Source: Basidiobolus meristosporus CBS 931.73
Taxonomy: Eukaryota; Fungi; Basidiobolomycota
Direction of reading: 5' to 3'
Length of the DNA: 64,000 nucleotides
Assembly (NCBI GenBank): GCA_002104905.1
Contig: MCFE01000388.1
Coordinates: forward strand, 1 to 64,000
Under the pieces are notes generated by a model, which did no database searches, was not told the origin of the DNA, and saw only the letters and a list, made by a program, of their open reading frames with translations. The translations under genes were made by a program, and so were the position numbers. Below, in pieces: positions 13,587-24,511 of the stretch. How positions within the stretch are numbered: position 1 is the first letter of the stretch; every line of letters starts with the position of its first letter.

Positions 13587-16500
13587 TGTTGTAAGAGTCT
13601 TGGAGATATTGGAAGTGATTGGGAGAACAAGTAGATTATGTGGTTTTCACTTAATGATTTATTGAATGTAAAAGTAGTATTTATACTTTTACATGGTCTT
13701 GGCATTACAAACACGTAGAATAGGTTAAGGAAGGTCCCAAGAACATGTGTGCAAAGTTTGGGGCTGTTTGGACAACTTTGAGAATTTTCATGTTCTGGGT
13801 ACCTGGTATTTTGGTGAAAATATTCTAAGTAAATCCCAACAAGGAATTTGGTCAGTATTCTCTAGGATTTGAAGGTGATGATCTAAGTGACTAAGTTAGG
13901 TGAATATTTAGGTGGAAAATACGAATTTTTACAACACTCCCACTCAGCTAAATGTTCATACTGACTAGTCCTAATTTTGACCTAAGATATTCAAACTTGT
14001 CTCTAGCTAATGGTTTGGTAAATATGTCTGCAATCATTTCATCTGTAGGACAGTAAACTAAGCTAACTAAGTTATTCTCTATAGCTTCACGTATGAAATG
14101 ATGTCTAATATCTATGTGCTTGGTTCTAGCATGAAAAGTTGGATTTCTACCTAATTGTATACATCCTTGATTATCTTGAAATAAAGTAATAGGCGTTTTT
14201 TGACATAGGCCTAAATCTGTAAAGAGCTTTCTTAACCACATTGCTTCTTTTGTAGCTTCACAGGCTGCCATATACTCTGCTTCTGTGGTAGAAAGTGCTA
14301 CAGTTGGTTGCTTTCTTGAATTCCAAGAAATTGCTCCTTGACAGTAAAGAAAGGTGTATCCTGTGGTGGATCTTCTGTCTTCTAAATCTCATCCCCAATC
14401 AGCATCAGAGTATCCCACAAGATCCTGTTCTGAATCATTATAAGTGTATCTTAAGCAGATATCAGCAGTTCCTTTTAGGTATCTAAAAATCCCTTTAACT
14501 GCTGTAATATGATCAGATCCATAGTTCTAATTATGTTGGCTGACAACTCCCACCAGAATATGAGATATCTAGATGTGTTCCAAGCATGATATACATCAGA
14601 CTACCAGCCATAGATTGATAAGGAAAGTCAGGGCTTTCAGATGGCACCAAGCTCTCTTGATTTGGTTGAGTTTTGACCAAGTTAAGGTTTGTCTCCATTG
14701 GGGTAGCTGCCGGTTTACAGTCTTCCATTTTGTACTTCTTTAGTATATCTTGAATATACTTGGATTGGCTTAGGGTAATAGTCTGGGTACATCTGTCTAT
14801 GGAGAACTTAATCCCTAAGTAGTAACTAAGTTCTCCTAGATCGGACATCTTGAACTCCTTAGATAGGCTGGATTTAGTCTCTTCCAATGTTTCTAGGTTA
14901 TTGGCGGCTATAGTAAGATCATCCACATATAGAGCTAATAGAACTGGATTTGCTCTATCTGGCTTATAGTATATACTATAGTCAGCATTACTCCTTTTGA
15001 AACTCAAAGATTCCAAATAAGAATCTATCTTGCAATTCCAGGCTCTTGGTGATTGTTTGAGACCATATAGTGACTTTTTAAGCTTGCAGACCAAATGGGG
15101 GTTATCTTGGTCAACAAACCCATCAGGCTGGTCCATATACACGTCCTCATCAAGTTCTCCATTCAAAAATGCAGTTTTTACATCCATTTGATGAATAAAA
15201 AACTTATATTTGGCTGCAATAGCCAATATTAATCTGATGGAATTAAACTTGGCTACCGGTGCAAAGGTCTCAGTATAGTCAAGTCCTTTTGTTTGAGAGT
15301 ATCCTTTGGCTACAAGTCTTGCTTTGTATCTTTCAATGGTACCATCAGCCTTGTATTTTGTCTTGAAGACCCATCTGCATCCAATTGATTTTTGGTTGAT
15401 TGGTAATTTGACTAAGTCCCAAGTTTGATTTTCCATCAGTGCCTGATATTCCTCAGTCATTGCAGATCTCCAAAACTTCGTCTGAGGGCTATTTAGGGCC
15501 TCTTTTACAGTCTGGGGTTCATCAACATGGACTGAATAGGCATAGGCTAAGTTTGTACCCTCATTGATATAGTAATTTGGGCTATTTCTTGTCCGATTGG
15601 ATCTCTGGGCATTTGATACTGGAATGATCACTTCTGGGATATTCCTGGGCACTGATTCTGGCTGAACCACGGTTGTAGAGTCCTCTGGAGTGAAAAAATT
15701 TTCATTGTTTTGCTCTGATTCAATCCTGCCAATTGGTGGACTTGAGATCAAATTTTCGTCATCATCTGATGTCATTTTTTTGGGAAAATTTTGAATTTTC
15801 ATCAAACAACACATCCCTGGACTTGATCAGCTTCTTTGCTTTGGTATTGTAGAGTCTGTATGCCTTACTCTCATTGCAGTAGCCCAAAAATATGCATTTT
15901 ACACTTTTTGGCTCAAATTTTGACTGATTTCCGGCCAGTTTTTTGGCATATGCTGTACACCCAAATATTCTTAGATGTTCTGCACTTGGTCTGTATCCAT
16001 ACCATGCTTCAAATGGAGTAGAATCACAAAGTATTCTGTTATAACTCCTATTTTTAAGGTATACAGCAGTGGCAACTGATTCCGCCCAAAAATCATAGGA
16101 TAATTTTTGATCATGGATCATAGATCTTGCCATATCAATTATTGATCTGTTAGCTCGTTCTGCTACTCCATTTTGCTGTGGGGAGTATGGTACAGTAGTC
16201 TCTTGCTTTATCCCATGAATTTTGCAGAAGTGGATGAAGAGTTTTGAGGTATATTCTCCACCATTGTCAGAGCGTATTTTCTTGATTTTTTCACCAGTTT
16301 CTCTCTCCACCATGGCTTTAAACTCCCTGAACTTAGACAGAGCTTCTTCCTTTCTCTCCATGAAGTAGACCCATGTGTATCTTGTATAATCATCAATAAA
16401 AGTGATTAAATACTTCATCCCGCCTAAGGATAAATTTTGCATAGGTCCACACAGATCTGAGTGAATTAGATCTAATTTTTTCTTAGTTTTGATTAACCCA

Positions 16501-18275
16501 GAGCTCTTGAACGGTTGTCTGGCTTGTTTCCCATATATGCAGGCTTCACAGTGCTCCAAAATAGCTGGGGGATCAATTTTCACTCCAGAAATTAGCTGAT
16601 CTTTGATCATTTTACGCAAATAATCAAAATTGATGTGTCCAAATCTCCTGTGCCAAAGCATTGGTGTTTCTTCATTTAAGTTACTTATATTGGCTTCCAG
16701 ATATGATGGAATATAAGTCAACTTGTATAGGTTCTGATCTCTGATGCCCGAAGCAATATGAGCACCATTTTGATCAGTGATCCTGCATCCAGAATTGTCA
16801 AAACTGAAACTGAGTCCTTCTGCTGTGGCCTTGCTTACAGAGAGTAGGTTCTTGGCTATTTCTGGTACATAGAGTACTTCTTTAAAGGTCAGTGTATGGC
16901 TTCCTTCACTGCTTCTAAGGTTTACTTGGATAGTTCCTTCTCCCACTGCATCAAGTGTTCTATCGTCACCCATGAAAACCTTCTTAATTGGAATTTCTTG
17001 ATATTGGGTAAAAAGTTCTTTTTGGTGTGTAAAGTGTTGAGAAGCTCCAGAGTCAATATACCACGTCTGAGAATCCTTGTTTGTGGTCATATTTAGTGCA
17101 GATATGAATAGTCTATCTTCAGTTGTTGCAGCATTTCCATATTCAGGCTTCTTTTGCTGATTATCTTTCCTTTTGAGACACCGGTCTGATGTGTGTCCTT
17201 TCCTTTTGCAGTAGCTACAAAACAGGTTGCTGTTGCCTTTGTAGGGTCTTGGGTATCTCCTTTGTTGGTTATCATTGCTTATTAAAGCATTTTCTTCTTC
17301 CTTCTTATTGGCGCTTGATTTTCTTAATTCTTCATCCAGGAGCCTTCCATATATGTAATTTAAAGTCAAATCTTCAGTTCTGGACTCTAGGGCTGATACA
17401 AGGCCCTGAAACTCGTCTGTCAGGCTATTCAGGATGGTAACTATCACATCCTCATCAGTAGTTGGTACGCCCACAGATTCCATCTCATCTACCAGCAGGG
17501 TAATTCTGTTAATTAGATTTTTCATTTCTTCTCCTGGCAGCATCTTTGTAGTAAAGAATTTTCTTCTCAGATACATTTTCTTGGCAGCTGAACATGACTG
17601 GTAGGTGTCTTCCAATGCTTTCCAGGCATTTTTTGCCGTTTTTGCTCTTGAGCATTGAATTAGCAATTTGTCCTTGACATTAAGGCAAATGCAGTTAAAG
17701 GCACTTTGTTCTTTCTTCTGGTACTTTAAGGCTTCCTCTCCCACGTTTTTAGGAGGGCATTCTTCTCCCATGACAATATCCCAAAGGCCTCTCTCTTGCA
17801 GCAGCATCTTCATCTTCACCTTCCACACTTGGTAGTTAGATCCATCCAACTTTTCAGCAGAGGGAAAAATTCCAGTAATAGCAGTAGTAGACATTGCAGA
17901 GAGTGACAGCTTGGGGCTCATAACCTGTTGTAAGAGTCTTGGAGATATTGGAAGTGATTGGGAGAACAAGTAGATTATGTGGTTTTCACTTAATGATTTA
18001 TTGAATGTAAAAGTAGTATTTATACTTTTACATGGTCTTGGCATTACAAACACGTAGAATAAGTTAAGGAAGGTCCCAAGAACATGTGTGCAAAGTCTGG
18101 GGCTGTTTGGACAACTTTGAGAATTTTCATGTTCTGGGTACCTGGTATTTTGGTGAAAATATTCTAAGTAAATCCCAACAAGGAATTTGGTCAGTATTCT
18201 CTAGGATTTGAAGGTGATGATCTAAGTGACTAAGTTAGGTGAATATTTAGGTGGAAAATACGAATTTTTACAACA
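13587..18275 (-). mobile_element. Very young, near-intact Copia element C inserted in the LTR of copy F
   Basis: LTRs 13587-13936 and 17926-18275 (350 bp each, 2 substitutions); TSD AAATA at 13582-13586 and 18276-18280; PBS 17914-17925; PPT 13937-13946. Confidence 0.97.
13948..17921 (-). pseudogene. Gag-PR-IN-RT-RNase H polyprotein of element C, split by two 1-nt insertions and two stops
   Basis: ORFs 15762-18053 (CX2CX4HX4C, WYIDSGAS, HHCC, DDE), 14531-15814 (LALYVDDL) and 13948-14271 ([20 protein letters not shown]). Confidence 0.93.
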
Positions 18276-18280
18276 AAATA

Positions 18281-18493
18281 TGCTGAAATAGCTCCCAAGA
18301 ACATGTGTGCAAAGCTTGGGGCAGCTTGGACAACTTATCAAATTTTCATGTTTTGGGTACCTGTTGTTTTGATGAAAATATTCCAAGTATATCCCAACTG
18401 GGAATTTGGTCAGTATTCTTCAAGAATTGTAGGTAATGATCAATGTGCCTAAGTTGGGTGAATATTTAGGTGGAGTTATGTATTTTTACCACA
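18281..18493 (-). repeat. Remainder of 5' LTR of copy F
   Basis: Continues the LTR sequence interrupted at 13586; ends ...TTTTACCACA. Confidence 0.8.
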
Positions 18494-18498
18494 TTTAG

Positions 18499-18844
18499 TG
18501 CTGTTAAGGTTTTGGAGACAATGTAAGTGATAGGGAGTACAAGTAGATTTTGTGGTTTTCACTTAATGAGTTATTGAGTGTAATCTATTATTTTACTTTT
18601 TCATGGTCTTGTCAAGACAAGCATGTAAATTAGGTTAAGGAAGGTCCCAAGATCATGTGAGCAAAGCGTGGGGCTGTTTTCACCGCCTAGAGTATTCTCA
18701 CTAAAACATCAGGTACTCAGAACATGAAATATCTCAAAGTCAATTGCAACAAGGAATTTGGCCCAAATACTCTAAGATTTGTAGCCTTCAATATAAGTGA
18801 CTAAGCCAAGTGAATATTTAGGTGTAGTTACAAGGTTCACAACA
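18499..18844 (-). repeat. Highly diverged orphan LTR with an internal inverted segment
   Basis: Collinear with family LTR on minus strand except ~18690-18742, which matches the plus-strand LTR (TATTCTCACTAAAACATCAGGTACTCAGAACATGAAA). Confidence 0.7.
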
Positions 18845-19446
18845 TTCGGAACATGAGTATGCACACAATGTGGTTGCTGCACCTCTTCAAGAGTGGTACC
18901 AAAGAGAATGCACTTTCAAGTAGCAACTCAAGTAGCTTTGAACTGATATTTATAGTCCAGATTGGATTAATGGATAAGCATTCTGCTAACAACTGCAGTT
19001 TTAAATGGGTTAAAAGGAAAGTTTGGGTCTTAGAGTACAGCCACCCGGGTAGTAGATACACTTACATGAGAGATGGCCTTTTATTAGCTGTAAGCCTTTG
19101 ATAACATTTTCGAGTAGATGTGCGAACCTCAAAAGCAATAAATATTAACAGCAACAAAGGTCACAAAAGTTGGTAAGGATACGGATTCTAGCATCAGGGA
19201 AATCCATGGCCTTAATTCTTGAAAGAGGTAGGGATTACAAAATCCCAAGACCGACTTCTATCCATAAATAAATCACAAATCAACCCAATGCCAAATCGGC
19301 GTGGCGGTTTATCCCGAATAGCAATCCCACTATGTAGATCGGTTAAGCGGATTGGAGTTTTTTTTTGGTTTTTCTTTTTCTTGGAATCCAGGCTGAATAA
19401 AATAGAATCCGATGAATGCCGGCCGGTTCCACATCAATCAACCGAA

Positions 19447-22400
19447 ATGCCCAAAGCCAGCAGTCGTAAGAAGAAGCAGAAGAATGATGATTTCCAAGTG
19501 AGTGGACCGCTTGGTGGTTCAATGTCACCCACCCCCAGAGATACTCACCGCACTTCTGTGCAACACTAGAAAACCAAACTGAAGGTTGGAAAGAAGAAGG
19601 TTCAGGCGGATAACTTCACCGACACGAGCTTTAAATCCAAAGGTATTTCGAACCCCACTTCGGACCTTCCCCCACCACCACCCGGAACCTCACCCACCAA
19701 CGAAACTTGTAGCGGTATCATTGCCAAACCAAAGCATCGCGCTGGACAAAACCAACGAGCTGACGAATGTTCGAAACCAAACCTTGAACGAACTGATCCC
19801 TCAATTGAAACATTACAGTTCCGCGGTTCGTAAAGGTATGGTGATAGCAAGGGTCTGCTAGCAACACCTCCACATGATTAACCAGCCAATGTTAGATGCC
19901 ATTCACGGAACCACCGATCTTCTCAACAGATATCCACAAGTGCTTCGTGGCTCACTTGGGACATTAATAAATACCATGACCAGATTACTGGTGGACGACG
20001 TAACTTTCTTCCGGTAATGGTAGTGCGGGGACGCTTGGTTAACTCGGTTTTATTCAGGATGAGGCGGTTCGCAAAGGGGTGCACACCTTCTTTTCGGAGT
20101 TTCTACCACAACTTGACGACTCGGATCTCCACCCATTCCTGCCACTTCTTATCGTTTACACCTGCTCCGCCATGACCCATATTCACGAGGATATCCGCAC
20201 CGATGCCCTCAAGTTCCTAAACCTGTGGATAGATATCGCGCCTCAGGTGGTCATCAAGTACGCAGACAAGGTAGAATCGGTGTTTATTGGAACTGTTCTT
20301 GAGCCGCAGGCTAACCTGGTCCTCAGATTGTCCCCAACTATATCAGCTTACTCAATGTCGACTCCACCTCCACAAACACCACCAAGAGCACCACTGGTAA
20401 GCTGCTCCTGTTCCTGCTCCCGGTTCCATGCCACCCAACCCTGCTAACCACGTAGAGATGCAGGTAGCGCGTTTACCTTGTCTAGCAACCGTAGCCAGCT
20501 GAGCTATGCTGGGGTAGGGCCCTTCTCTTTACTTCGTGTGCCAACTTGTACTTACCCCACCCTAGTCAAAGATCAGCACTATGAACAGCTTGTTCAAATT
20601 CCTGGAGATCAAGTTGAATTCTCACGAGTCGGCACGTGACACGTAAGTTCCGTCCCCCACCCAGCAGACAGGAACGTGCACTGAATTCGCGAATAGGTTT
20701 TGGTTTTTAGCGGACTACGCCGGCGGGTATAAGCACAAATCAGCCACCGAGATCGACACGAATATTTTCAGCTGGAAGCCGGAGGCCCAGGTGAGTCGCA
20801 AGCCAGCCAATCGACCCATGGCTCTGGGATTTTGACCTTCTCTCGATCACTAGAACTCTGTCACCCTCTATCCATATGCTGGCGAATACACCAGCGTGCC
20901 CTCCTTCTCGCATCTGAATCTGTTCGATGCCAGCACCAAGAGCACTCTCAACAAGCCTGAGGAGAAAACGCTCAACGAAGCCAAGACCGACGCAGATAAT
21001 GTCGAGTCCGAAAGCATCCAGGTATAGCTTGTAGTGGTTGTTTCTCCCGGCGCCATGTTAAACCAGGTTAATCTCCTCACGTAGCTACTAGAAACCTTGA
21101 ATCCGTTCCTGCTCTCCACATGGTTGGAGGCATCACCTAACGTTTTCACCGCGACCGGATCAGTCAGTATGACTCCTTCCTTGGAAGCGGTGCACATGGT
21201 CCTCAAGCTGATGCAGGTGCTCTGGCGAACTGGCATGAGCGGGAACGCCATCCGTAGGGTGAAGAAGAAGTGGGTGGAGGAGCATCTCCAGCTGCTTCTC
21301 AAGCATTTCATGATCCATTTCCCCTTTGGAAACGATGCGCTCGGGATCCGCGACGCCAAAGTGGAATCGGTGCTTCAGGATATGAACTCCGCCTTCTGCG
21401 AATTGACTTCGTTGTTCCTTATCTCCATCAACTCCCACAATGATCAGGAGCCCACTTTCCCCAAATGGGCTGACAGTGTATACAAGTACATCCTGACTGC
21501 ATTAGGCGAATCGGTTAGTGCTCGGTTCCGTTCACCAGCCGCCCACATGCTTGACTAAACCGAACATCTTGTAGCCCGAGAAGACCGACACCATCATGAC
21601 TTCGCAGACCACCGACTTCAAACCTGAGCACTTCGTTGCCCTTATGCCGTCCATCTGGACCTTCTTGAACAGCCTGGAAACCGAGAGACAAGACATCCTC
21701 TTCAAGGTAAACAACGACCGGACTTACTGCCTTGACTTGAGACTTAACCGGGTGATTTCCAGGCACTGTTGAGCTACTGCAATCGGTCACATATCAACTC
21801 GCTTACCAAACGGTTGACCCTAGAGTTCATTACGAATACGCTTACGGTAAATTATGAGCTCAGCGAAATTCAAGGCCGATCGACATATTCACTGTGGAAT
21901 TCTTAGATCCAAAACCATCCTCAATACTCTGGATGCTTCAAGCTGACCAAGTCCCCCGAGCTCGCCCAAGCCATCAAGACCTGGGTTCTCGGGTTACCGA
22001 AGACCTTATGGGCCTTGAGAAACAACTCACCAAACACGAGCCGGGTAACGAGCGATCGATCTGGATTCCGGGATCTTGTTCGGTGAACTAACCATCTTTC
22101 CACATAGGTGATTTTGAGAGCACTACGGGATCTCATCAACCAAGACAAATCAAGATGGTTGGATACTGCGTTCCACAACTCGCTGCAGCTGAACATGGTC
22201 CCATTCTTCCATGTCACCATCCCCAACAAAGGTGATTCTGGGTTGACCTTCATCAGCACGGTATTCCTCGGCGACTAACCCAATCCTCGATGTCAGGTCC
22301 CATTTTTGGTCCGTTCAGCACACTCCCGGAGGACCTTCAACGGCTGACCATTGAATTGCTGTATTACCTCGGAAAGCTTAACGAAAAACTCCTACGTAGC

Positions 22401-22557
22401 ATAAGCGCTAGCACTCAAGGTAAATCCTCACCCCCCCCCGGAGTAACCCAATGCTCAGGCTAACCGGGATTTGATCACGTCAGGTACCGAATTCAACCCC
22501 GAGACCAAGAGATACCTGGACGAGGTGATGAAGCACTGCAATCCGCTCTCGATCTAG
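19447..22557 (+). CDS. IPI1: Pre-rRNA-processing protein Ipi1/TEX10 (multi-exon)
   Basis: Spliced N-terminus MPKASSRKKKQKNDDFQ|KTKLKVGKKKVQADNFTDTSFKSK is the Ipi1 signature; SAMTHIHEDIRTDALKFL motif; stop TAG 22555-22557. Confidence 0.9.
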
Positions 22558-22997
22558 CAGAGTTCCGGATTTCGGGGATCCGCGTGAAGGGAATGTCCTT
22601 AGAATACGCCAATCTTCCTTCGGTGGTTTATATTATAAATAGATTTTCTCATTTCCAACGTTCAACCCCTTAGTCGTTAGAAAACAGGCCTTCCATTTTT
22701 GACAAGCACGAGAGACACAGTGATCGAACTATTAATATCGGATAAAAATTCCCTTGTCAGTAAGCTTCTACTTGATACATGTGTTTGTGATCATTGATAT
22801 TCGTTGTGAGCTACCCAGTGACTTGGTTCGATGGAATTCGGTTAGTTGTCGGGAACGTCATATTGCAAACCATTATAGAACCAGCATCTATCATGCAGAT
22901 CCACTCTACATTGATCTTTGTCCCAATGCGAACCATTACTGGCACCGGTTTACCCTGGTCTAATTTATCTTTGTTGTTGGTGGAGAATAGAGATATG

Positions 22998-23160
22998 GTC
23001 AACGCTTCGGCACAATTTCCCACAGACCAAATGAATGGTTACTGGTAGTTGGTTCCTAATTGTTGACTTGCCATCTAGAGCACTTGGATAGCTATGTTAG
23101 CTATCATGGCAGTGACTTGGCCGTAAGATACCTAATCACCGTGGCATGTGCACATGATCC
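22998..23160 (-). repeat. 163-bp structured module, copy 1
   Basis: Identical to 33620-33782 and 40882-41044. Confidence 0.95.
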
Positions 23161-23670
23161 AACTTCTCCTCACTGCCAGAGTCTCCATTTTGTTGGAAAT
23201 CTCCGTTGATGGGAAATGGCTGATTTCCGAGCGAGTGTGGAATTTCCATATCTACCATTCAACCTGCTGTTGAGCAGTTTATCTGCACTAGACACCGAGT
23301 TGCAATTTGATGATCCCCGTTTGAGGCATCGCTGCATACATTGAAAGGATGTGCTGAAGAAAGGGATGGATTGAGTTGATGGGGGAACGTACTCAAGTCG
23401 TAAGGACCAAGGTCAAGTGAGATGATTTGCAACAAGGCCTAGTGGATATAATGTCTTGCCTTTGGCAAACGATCAGTTATTGCTGTGATCGCCAGCATTT
23501 GGCCTACGCTTTACGAGGCTTGGTGTTGAATGGACTCCCGGTGGTTGGATTCGAAGCTGGAGTACAATATGGATATAACGTTGTGACATGTTAAGGAATG
23601 GAACTTGGAGGTGCAAGAGTAGCTGTGGTGGAGGAGAGAGTGTATGTGAGGGACAAAAGAAAAAGGGACT

Positions 23671-23742
23671 GGGCTCAACCGGGAATTGAACCCGGGACCT
23701 CCTCGACCCGAACGAGGAATCATACTACTAGACCATTGAGCC
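23671..23742 (-). tRNA. tRNA-Pro(CGG) with T5 terminator
   Basis: GGCTCAA/TTGAGCC acceptor stem, CCTCG-TTCGGGT-CGAGG anticodon arm, GGTTCAATTCC B box; TTTTT 7 nt downstream. Confidence 0.9.
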
Positions 23743-24511
23743 TTTGCTGCTTCCCTATCCCTTCCTCTCCTCACCTCTCCATTCTCGCCACCCATACACC
23801 CCTCTCATCACCCGGTGATTTGTCGATTCTACCCCCCTCCCCTCGCTTGGCTCGAGAATGTATCGAGCATCTCTGGTATGCTGGGTGGTAATGCTTGCAC
23901 TCAATGCCAACAATGACGATCGTAGGTCAGACAACTGGCATATACCATTAGACTGGGGCCTTCGAACGAACGCCAGGCCGATATCATCACCATTGACAAT
24001 AATGATCGGAGGGAGTATAGGGTTGCATACATGCACCGATTGTTGTCTTACCTCAGAACATGAATGATATGTATGTTGCAACATTGGAATCCATGTAAAC
24101 GGTGGGCAGGATTGCGTGGCGATACAAAGATTCTCAGAGGTTAGTCAAGGAGATCTGCCAAAACCCAACGAGAGCATTTTCAATGAAGCTCGGAGGTTAT
24201 GGTTCATGTAGATATCGAGTAAGATCCACCCTGTAACCCAACATTAGTGGATTTGTTGATGAATGCTTTGATCCATGTTATTAAATCAGAAGATCATCAT
24301 CTCGCCAACCAATCTTGGTGGGATATGGTTCAGGTGTGCGGTGCGATAATGATCAGGATACAAATGAGCCGCAATTATGTATCATTTGGTAGATCACCAA
24401 CAGTAACCATTGTATAAAAATCGCTGCCATTGTTTACCCATGAATTTTCTATTTGGTTTTCTCTCTGATACAGCTTGAAGTAAGTTCGTCTGCTTCGAAC
24501 CGGTGTTTGAC

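Larger units (their letters stand above)
22884..24078 (-). repeat. Left arm of inverted repeat (330-bp block + tRNA-Pro + unique spacer + 163-bp module + ~110-bp block)
   Basis: 23749-24078 is the reverse complement of 32855-33184 (~3 mismatches); 22884-23160 matches 33620-33893. Confidence 0.9.

Noticed and set aside
22998-23160. Module as U6 snRNA (GCTTCGGCA; GAAGCGTT..CCATATTT) or 5S rRNA (TACGGCCA)
   Set aside because: Matches are only 8-9 nt; no ACAGAGA box or other U6 core, and no 5S internal structure
23755-24084. ORFs in the duplicated 330-bp block (also 32866-33178) as protein genes
   Set aside because: No recognisable motif, ORFs on both strands, start codons not shared; conservation is explained by recent duplication
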